IMG/VR virus record: IMGVR_UViG_3300020336_000012
Coordinates: 1-48,792 of that record
DNA from: a virus
Lineage: Duplodnaviria; Caudoviricetes
Reading direction: 5' to 3' (one strand)
DNA: 48,792 nt
Positions within the stretch are counted from its first letter, which is position 1; each line of letters begins with the position of its first letter. Below, one piece after another: positions 1-6,347 of this stretch. Position numbers and translations under genes: made by a program. The notes beneath the pieces were generated by a model, which was not told the origin of the DNA, did not search any database, and saw nothing but the letters and a program-made list of their open reading frames with translations.

Positions 1-489
1 ATGATAGATGAATTTAAAGTTAAAAAAGATTGGGTTAACAAAGCTAACAGCAAGTCAGAAGAGATGGGTACGCTTCGTAACTCTATTACAAAAGGTAAAG
101 GAAACACGATGGGTTTCTTAGGTGAGTTTGCAGTAGCTGACTTCCTAAAAGATAGTGTTGTGTCAAACACTTACGACTATGATCTTAAAGTTGGTGACCG
201 TACCATAGATGTAAAGACTAAGAGTTGTACAGTAAAACCTCGTGACTATTACATGTGTTCAGTAGCAGCTTATAACACTAAACAGAAGTGTGATGTGTAT
301 GTGTTTGCAAGAATGCTACGCACCTTAGAAAAAGGATGGGTGCTTGGTTGGATAGAAAAGGAAAAGTATTTTGATGAAGCAAAGTTTTATAGCAAAGGAG
401 AACAGGAGGGTGACAATGGTTACATAGTCGTAGCAGACTGCTACAACCTGCCGATAAAAAAGTTACACGATATTGAATTTTTTTCTTGA
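1..489 (+). CDS. PD-(D/E)xK restriction-endonuclease-fold phage protein
   Basis: GE-x-AVADFL...DYDL...IDVKTK pattern matches the E...D...(D/E)xK catalytic arrangement; ORF begins at window edge. Confidence 0.55.
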   Translation: MIDEFKVKKDWVNKANSKSEEMGTLRNSITKGKGNTMGFLGEFAVADFLKDSVVSNTYDYDLKVGDRTIDVKTKSCTVKPRDYYMCSVAAYNTKQKCDVYVFARMLRTLEKGWVLGWIEKEKYFDEAKFYSKGEQEGDNGYIVVADCYNLPIKKLHDIEFFS

Positions 490-571
490 CTAACTTTATC
501 GTGTGCTTTAATTGTAGCATACTAAAATTGTTGAAACTTATTTGAAACTTAAAAAGAAAAGGATTAATACT

Positions 572-1081
572 ATGCCAGTAATTTCTGGAAAAGCCTATTG
601 GCCTAAACTTCACACCCCGATGGGTACTAAATTAGGTCCAGACGATAAGCGTTATTCTCTGGACGTTGGTAATCTTGATAAGAAAAATCTAAAGATTGCT
701 AAAGACATTGGTCTAACAGTAAAGACTGATGACCCTGAGTCTGGTAAAGCTAATGCTGGAATGAAGGGTGACTTCGTTACGCTTAAAGCTTACGGTTACG
801 ATTACAACGGTGAGTTGAATCCCAAGCCACCTCTTGTTGATGCAAGTAATAATCAGTGTGCTGATGAGATGTATCATACATTAGGTAACGGTAGTGATGT
901 TAATGTTAAGTTTACATCTAAGACTACTAAATCAGGATTTCAAATGTTTCTGTTGCAAGGAGTACAGGTTGTCTCTTTAGTTGCATATGATAATCCTAAT
1001 GCTGGTGATGACGTTGGTGGTTTCGATGTTGTCGAAGGTGGGTTTACTGAGGATAGTCGAGTAGAAGACTCTCCGCTTTAA
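572..1081 (+). CDS. T7 gp2.5-like single-stranded DNA-binding protein
   Basis: G-K-A-Y-W-x-K-L start, 'YSLDV', 'P-x-LVDA..N', 'LGNGSDVNV', 'LQGVQVVSLV' and acidic C-terminal tail; ATG 572 has AAGGA upstream (ORF track start 542 is TTG). Confidence 0.75.
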   Translation: MPVISGKAYWPKLHTPMGTKLGPDDKRYSLDVGNLDKKNLKIAKDIGLTVKTDDPESGKANAGMKGDFVTLKAYGYDYNGELNPKPPLVDASNNQCADEMYHTLGNGSDVNVKFTSKTTKSGFQMFLLQGVQVVSLVAYDNPNAGDDVGGFDVVEGGFTEDSRVEDSPL

Positions 1082-1103
1082 CCCGTAAAACAGAGGTGAT
1101 AGT

Positions 1104-1958
1104 ATGAAGAATATCTCCACAATACCACAAGATCTACAGACTTTATGGGACGAGGGTTCCTCTCCACCTGCTGATATCCTTAAAGTTTTTTGTGATAATG
1201 TTTCTGAAGCTATCACCTCTTCCTTTACTGAAGCTGTCAGTGATGAGAAGAGAGTGGTCTTACGTATGTCTTCTATAGGTAAGCCAGCTAGACAACTATG
1301 GTATGAGTCTAGAGATGATGTTGAACCAGAGTATATTGATTATAGTTTAAGATTAAAATTTCTTTATGGTCATATCATCGAAGAGTTACTTGTCCTTCTT
1401 CTTAAAACATCTGGACACAAGGTAGAAGAACAACAAAAAGAACATGAGATTGAGGGGATAACTGGACATCAGGATGGTAGAGTTGATGGTGTTCTTGTTG
1501 ATTTTAAATCTGCATCTGGTAGATCATTCAGTAAATTTAAAAATCATAAGCTAACCGAAGACGATCCATTTGGTTACGTTGGTCAGATATCTGCTTATGC
1601 TCACAAAGAAAAAGACGAAGAAGCTGCATTCATTGTAATGGATAAACAAACAGGTGAGGTAACTTGTATGCCATTACATAAGATGGAGATGATTGACCCT
1701 GAAGAAAGAATTAAATATTTAAAAGATGCCTTGTCCAAAGACACGCCACCTGAAAGATGTTATGACCCTGTACCTGATGGTCAGTCAGGTAACTTAAAGC
1801 TTGCAACAGGTTGTTCTTACTGTAGGTTTAAGTTTGATTGTTGGGAAGATGCTAACGATGGTGTGGGGTTAAGAGGATTTAACTACGCTAACGGTGCTAG
1901 ATATTTAACTGAGGTAAGGAAGACTCCAAATGTCGAAGAACTCACGCCCAACTTTTAG
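1104..1958 (+). CDS. Cas4-like / RecB-family PD-(D/E)xK exonuclease
   Basis: LRMSSIGK..RQLWY, GHIIE, GHQD...VDFKS, QxxAY motif and C-terminal CxxC-x5-C. Confidence 0.8.
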   Translation: MKNISTIPQDLQTLWDEGSSPPADILKVFCDNVSEAITSSFTEAVSDEKRVVLRMSSIGKPARQLWYESRDDVEPEYIDYSLRLKFLYGHIIEELLVLLLKTSGHKVEEQQKEHEIEGITGHQDGRVDGVLVDFKSASGRSFSKFKNHKLTEDDPFGYVGQISAYAHKEKDEEAAFIVMDKQTGEVTCMPLHKMEMIDPEERIKYLKDALSKDTPPERCYDPVPDGQSGNLKLATGCSYCRFKFDCWEDANDGVGLRGFNYANGARYLTEVRKTPNVEELTPNF

Positions 1959-2397
1959 GTCTAAGTTTGAAGCTAGTGTTTATGATGATCTCCTTGAACG
2001 GAATCATTCAGGTTCTTATGAACCTCACAAGATAGATTACATTGTTCCTGAGACATACCGAACCTACACACCAGATATTGTTTTAGACAATGGAATATGT
2101 ATTGAATGTAAAGGTTGGTTCCCTCTGAAAGACAGGAAGAAGATGGTGTTTGTTAGAAGCAGTAACCCGACACTTGACATTAGGTTCGTTTTTATGGATG
2201 CTGACGTTAAGATTAGGAAGAATAGTCCTACTACATTAGGCAAATGGGCAACTAACCATAGCTTTATGTGGGCAAGAGAGACTATTCCTGAAAGTTGGGT
2301 TAATGAAAAAGAAACACACAGACGAACACAAGAAGAGGTCGATCACCGTATCTATTTCGGTTCAAGATACGGACCATACTCTACTTGGAGAGAGTGA
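1930..2397 (+). CDS. T7 gp3-like endonuclease I (Holliday junction resolvase)
   Basis: FRSKFE...YTPDIVL.NGI.IECKGWF...DRKKM...DIRFVF...WA motifs. Confidence 0.85.
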   Translation: MSKNSRPTFRSKFEASVYDDLLERNHSGSYEPHKIDYIVPETYRTYTPDIVLDNGICIECKGWFPLKDRKKMVFVRSSNPTLDIRFVFMDADVKIRKNSPTTLGKWATNHSFMWARETIPESWVNEKETHRRTQEEVDHRIYFGSRYGPYSTWRE

Positions 2398-2749
2398 TAG
2401 TGCATGGGATACATTCTCCAGTGCATATATTTTTAATGAGGATCAATCTAAACTAGAGAGGTCAAGTCCAGAAAGAGTTATGTTTATAGCAGTATTCTTA
2501 CAGTCTTTATTAGATGCTACTAAACCAGAGTACAAAGGTGAACCTCGTTCTGCTGTTTCTGATAGGAACTGTGCAGTTAAATGGTTCTCTGTCCCTGAGT
2601 GTGTAACGGCTTCGACTTTTGAACCTATCTGTGAGTTAGCAGGAATAGACCCTGACTATGCAAGAAGATATTTTAAACTCATCATGGATGGTGAGAGAGA
2701 GTTTACCTATCGAAGAATTAATATTCTTTTAAACGCTAGTAAAAACTAA
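2303..2749 (+). CDS. conserved phage hypothetical protein
   Basis: PER..F.AV..Q.LLDA...WF...F..ICELAGIDP pattern recalled from phage replication modules; start uncertain because of overlap with upstream gene. Confidence 0.5.
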   Translation: MKKKHTDEHKKRSITVSISVQDTDHTLLGESDSAWDTFSSAYIFNEDQSKLERSSPERVMFIAVFLQSLLDATKPEYKGEPRSAVSDRNCAVKWFSVPECVTASTFEPICELAGIDPDYARRYFKLIMDGEREFTYRRINILLNASKN

Positions 2750-2766
2750 GAAGGAGAGAGAGAGAG

Positions 2767-3021
2767 ATGTCAGATGACATGGTTAATAACCCACCACACT
2801 ACAACAGAAAGAACATCGAAGCTATCTGTGCGATAGAAGCAAGCATGGAACCAGAAGAATTCTGTGGCTACTTAAAAGGAAACATTCTTAAATATCTGTG
2901 GAGATATAATTACAAGGGTACTCCTTTACAAGACTTAGAAAAGTCTGAGTACTATTTAAAATTGTTAATAAAAAAGGTAAAAGAAAGTGTCCAACCCATT
3001 GAAAGTAAATCCGAATCCTAA
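2767..3021 (+). CDS. DUF3310 (SaV-like / T7 gp1.7-related) protein
   Basis: VNNPPHY...IEAI..I...F.GYLKGN.LKYLWRY..K...DL.K...YL signature. Confidence 0.85.
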   Translation: MSDDMVNNPPHYNRKNIEAICAIEASMEPEEFCGYLKGNILKYLWRYNYKGTPLQDLEKSEYYLKLLIKKVKESVQPIESKSES

Positions 3022-3196
3022 GTTTAATTATCTGGAGTCCAAGCAGAAAACCAAATTTCTTATTGATAATATAAAAAGGTATTATAGGAAACATGGCTTT
3101 ACTAACTTTGATGTTTGGTCAGAAAGAGAAAGAGTCGGTAAAAATTATATATGGGTTGTGCGTAGTAACTTAGCTAACAAACTGTATAACTTATAG
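2987..3196 (+). CDS. hypothetical protein
   Basis: GTG start with AAGGT upstream; fills the gap before nrdJ. Confidence 0.5.
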   Translation: MSNPLKVNPNPKFNYLESKQKTKFLIDNIKRYYRKHGFTNFDVWSERERVGKNYIWVVRSNLANKLYNL

Positions 3197-3229
3197 TTTA
3201 AATTTAACTTCCTAAAGGAGAGATGTATT

Positions 3230-4951
3230 ATGTCTACATGGCGTAGTAATGAAAACCCTATGTTCCGGTCTGAGTTTAGTGAGACAATCTTCAAACAGAA
3301 ATACCAACACGAAGGATGCGAAACGTGGACTGATCTTGCCAGAACACTAGCAGTTGATGTGTGTGGTGACATCTTATCGGAAGATGAGGTAAACGAATTA
3401 TCTAATATAATCAGCGACTTAAAGTTTATTCCCGGTGGGAGATATCTTTATTACGCTGGACGAGAGAATAAGTTTTTTAATAATTGTTTTCTTTTAAAGG
3501 CTGAAGAAGATACACGAGAAGATTGGGCTGATCTTTCTTGGAAGACTGAATCCTGTTTGATGACAGGGGGTGGTATAGGAATTGACTACTCTGTGTACAG
3601 AGGATCAGGTGAACTCCTTAAAGGAACAGGTGGTAAAGCTTCTGGACCTATCCCTAAGATGCAGATGATTAATGAGATAGGGCGTAGGGTTATGCAAGGA
3701 GGTTCGCGTAGGTCTGCTATCTATGCTAGTCTTAATTGGAAACATAAAGATATTGATACGTTTCTAAAGTCTAAAGATTGGCATTCAATGCCAGTTGGTA
3801 CACCTGACTACGATGATGATGGCAACGCTGTTCCTAAACCGGGAATGTCTTATGCCGATATCAAAGAACAGGACTTTAATTTCCCTGCACCTTTAGATAT
3901 GACAAACATAAGTGTTAACTACGATACTGAGTGGTTACTTAACTACATTGAAACAGGAGAAGTAGGAGATGTCTTTCGGACTAATATACATCAGGCATTA
4001 CGAACTGGAGAACCGGGGTTTTCGTTCAACTTCTTCGACAAAGAAAAGGAAACATTACGGAATGCGTGTACTGAAGTTACTTCGGAAGATGACAGTGACG
4101 TATGTAACTTGGGATCTGTTAATCTTGCTCGTATTGACAGTGCTAGTGAGTTGTCTACTGTTGTTGAACTAGCAACCAAGTTTCTTATATGCGGAACAAT
4201 GAAGGCTAAACTTCCTTACGATAAAGTATACGACATCAGACAGAAGAATCGTAGGCTTGGTCTTGGTGTCATGGGTGTACATGAATGGCTTCTTAAAAAC
4301 GGATCTCGTTATGAGGTAACACCTGAACTACACAAGTGGCTCAGTATCTATAAAGGAGTGAGTGACAAAATATCTAAAGAATTCTCAGGTAAGTTAGGAT
4401 TAAGTACTCCTGTAGCCAACAGAGCCGTTGCTCCTACAGGTTCAATAGGAATCTTAGCAGGAACAAGTACAGGTATCGAACCTATATTTGCTGTTGCTTA
4501 CAAGAGAAGATATCTAAAGAACGGTAACAGGTGGCACTATCAATATGTTGTTGATGCTGCTGCAAAAGAAATAATAGAAACTTACGGTACTGATCCAGAT
4601 AGTATTGAGACTGCTTTAGATTTAGCAGAAGATTATGAAAGGAGGATTAAGTTTCAAGCGGACGTTCAACAGTATGTTGACATGTCTATATCAAGTACAA
4701 TCAACTTACCAGAATGGGGAGGTAAATTGAACAATGAAGAAATGGTGGAAGATTTTGCCCAGACACTCGCAAACTACGCTAGTGATCTTCGGGGGTTCAC
4801 TGTTTATCCTAATGGTAGTCGTGGCGGTCAGCCTCTCACCAGAGTCGGATACAGTGAAGCCAAAGATAAACTTGGAGAAGAATTTGAAGAGTCAGTAGAA
4901 ACTCATGATATCTGTGACATATCTGGTCACGGAGGTACGTGTGGGGCATGA
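3230..4951 (+). CDS. nrdJ: class II (adenosylcobalamin-dependent) ribonucleotide reductase
   Basis: FIPGGRYL, NNCF, GGGIG, QGGSRRSA, NACTE (N-x-C-x-E), CNLGSVNL, APTGSI, C-terminal Cys pair; strong AAGGAG RBS; no class I beta subunit adjacent. Confidence 0.88.
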   Translation: MSTWRSNENPMFRSEFSETIFKQKYQHEGCETWTDLARTLAVDVCGDILSEDEVNELSNIISDLKFIPGGRYLYYAGRENKFFNNCFLLKAEEDTREDWADLSWKTESCLMTGGGIGIDYSVYRGSGELLKGTGGKASGPIPKMQMINEIGRRVMQGGSRRSAIYASLNWKHKDIDTFLKSKDWHSMPVGTPDYDDDGNAVPKPGMSYADIKEQDFNFPAPLDMTNISVNYDTEWLLNYIETGEVGDVFRTNIHQALRTGEPGFSFNFFDKEKETLRNACTEVTSEDDSDVCNLGSVNLARIDSASELSTVVELATKFLICGTMKAKLPYDKVYDIRQKNRRLGLGVMGVHEWLLKNGSRYEVTPELHKWLSIYKGVSDKISKEFSGKLGLSTPVANRAVAPTGSIGILAGTSTGIEPIFAVAYKRRYLKNGNRWHYQYVVDAAAKEIIETYGTDPDSIETALDLAEDYERRIKFQADVQQYVDMSISSTINLPEWGGKLNNEEMVEDFAQTLANYASDLRGFTVYPNGSRGGQPLTRVGYSEAKDKLGEEFEESVETHDICDISGHGGTCGA

Positions 4952-5232
4952 TGGAAAAGACTACACCAACCTATACATTAGATTGGTATATTAAGTGGGC
5001 CTCTTCTATTATTCTTTTAATCGGAATGCTTCTCACAACACATAACATCTATCCTGTTAATCTTATCTTTCATTTGTTAGGAGTAATGGGGTGGATGTTT
5101 GTGGCTTTGCTTTGGAATGATAGGGCGTTGATCATCATCAATGCTGTATCTATTTCTATCTTCGCTAACGGACTACTCACTTACGTACTTACTTGTGTTG
5201 AATCTAAAAATTGTTTATGGTATACTTTATAG
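4948..5232 (+). CDS. small multi-pass membrane protein (DUF6552-like)
   Basis: DWYIKW.SS..LL.GM.LT..NIYP.NL with about three hydrophobic segments; ATGA overlap with nrdJ stop. Confidence 0.6.
   Translation: MMEKTTPTYTLDWYIKWASSIILLIGMLLTTHNIYPVNLIFHLLGVMGWMFVALLWNDRALIIINAVSISIFANGLLTYVLTCVESKNCLWYTL
5198..5226 (+). promoter_or_regulatory. sigma70-type promoter (extended -10)
   Basis: TTGAAT(5198-5203)-17 nt-TATACT(5221-5226), preceded by TGG. Confidence 0.65.
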
Positions 5233-5265
5233 AGAGAATGCTTATTGTAAGGTTCTCTTATTTTT
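5233..5265 (+). terminator. hairpin plus U-rich tract (terminator, attenuator or 5' stabilising hairpin)
   Basis: AGAGAA-TG-CTTA-TTG-TAAG-G-TTCTCT followed by TATTTTT. Confidence 0.45.
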
Positions 5266-5296
5266 AATGCTTAAACGATGAGGTTAAACAAACACA

Positions 5297-5497
5297 ATGT
5301 TATTTTACAGAAACAACTACGACATGGGTCGAATGAGTCACGTTAACAAACGTAATCTAATCGACATCTCAATGCTATCCGAAGATGCACAAGAGCAAAT
5401 AGGTAACATCATTGAAGAAGATAGACGTACTTCACGTACAAATTCTATCAAATCTAGGATAGATCAGCTTCAAGAAGAGTTAGATACCCTTCAATAG
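5297..5497 (+). CDS. small hypothetical protein with C-terminal coiled coil
   Basis: GAGGT RBS; IKSRIDQLQEELDTLQ heptads. Confidence 0.6.
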   Translation: MLFYRNNYDMGRMSHVNKRNLIDISMLSEDAQEQIGNIIEEDRRTSRTNSIKSRIDQLQEELDTLQ

Positions 5498-5508
5498 ACG
5501 ATTTCCAT

Positions 5509-5603
5509 TGTACGCCCTTTTAAGAACATCTCAGAGGAATCACTATGTCTGGGCTAGGTATGGTGCTGAGTACCCCCTTAGATGCTCTGTAAAGGGCTGT
5601 ACG
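5509..5603 (+). ncRNA. structured RNA element or long hairpin at the convergence of the two arms
   Basis: outer imperfect stem 5510-5531/5580-5602 and inner 10-bp stem 5541-5550/5556-5565. Confidence 0.45.
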
Positions 5604-5613
5604 TTGAAGGATT

Positions 5614-6021
5614 TTACTTAGATCGCATGTTATTGCGTTGTATTCCCTTAGATTTCTCAAAACTACGCATTCCACCCAGACCTAATAGAGAAAGTGTTAA
5701 GGTTAACAAACCTTCTGTCTGAATGTCTGGAAGAACGATTGCACTTCCTGATACAGCTACGATCCAAATTGCTATTGGTTGGAATACAAACTGCCATCCA
5801 AGACCAAATGCACATATCCACATGATGGCTGGTCTAGCCCCGGCAATAAACACAGAAGGATGTTTCGCTTGTTCTGTATTGGCTTGAGCTTGTGCCAAGT
5901 CTAAAGAAACTATTTGTGATTTAAGTTCTGCTTCTAGCTTTGCCTTGAGATCTTTATCTTCAACAAACTTATCCAGAACTTTTCCTGCTACTCCGACTAC
6001 TGATTCAGCTAATCCAAACAT
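5614..6021 (-). CDS. holin (GTA-type 3TM holin family)
   Basis: G..LDKFV.DKD, GARPAIMWIC, LLGLGGMRSFEK motifs and hydrophobic segments. Confidence 0.8.
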   Translation of the reverse strand: MFGLAESVVGVAGKVLDKFVEDKDLKAKLEAELKSQIVSLDLAQAQANTEQAKHPSVFIAGARPAIMWICAFGLGWQFVFQPIAIWIVAVSGSAIVLPDIQTEGLLTLTLSLLGLGGMRSFEKSKGIQRNNMRSK

Positions 6022-6026
6022 ATCTT

Positions 6027-6347
6027 TTAATCCTCTCTTGAGTAATTAGTGTAACCCATTGTATCACAGATGATCTTCATTAGATCACCTTTGAGTTTAT
6101 CTAACATAACATATAAGTTAGTACCGCTGACATCCCCACCCATAGAATCATGCATAGTTCCATCGTCTTCAAATAACAAACACACACCACCTGTTATATT
6201 ATCTTCTTCTTCTACGTGTCGTATCGCGTCAGTTAAACAGTTGATCAATGCTTTCTTTTTAACGGATCGTTCTTGGTCGGTTAGGATATCACTAACATTT
6301 TGAACAACAGTATTATTTGGAAACTCTAATATGTTATCGTCACTCAT
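6027..6347 (-). CDS. hypothetical protein
   Basis: ATGA coupling to upstream gene; N-terminal NILEFP. Confidence 0.6.
   Translation of the reverse strand: MSDDNILEFPNNTVVQNVSDILTDQERSVKKKALINCLTDAIRHVEEEDNITGGVCLLFEDDGTMHDSMGGDVSGTNLYVMLDKLKGDLMKIICDTMGYTNYSRED

Noticed and set aside
486-523. Promoter upstream of the SSB gene (TTGACT...)
   Set aside because: Best -10 candidates give a 15-16 nt spacer or a poor match; not supportable
542-571. TTG-initiated N-terminal extension of SSB
   Set aside because: The SD-like AAGGA lies inside it, spaced for ATG 572
1104-1958. CRISPR-Cas system suggested by the Cas4-like gene
   Set aside because: No other cas genes or array; context is a replication module
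5509-5603. tRNA or classical bidirectional terminator at the arm junction
   Set aside because: No T-loop or anticodon-arm pattern and no flanking U/A tracts; kept as an unexplained structure instead
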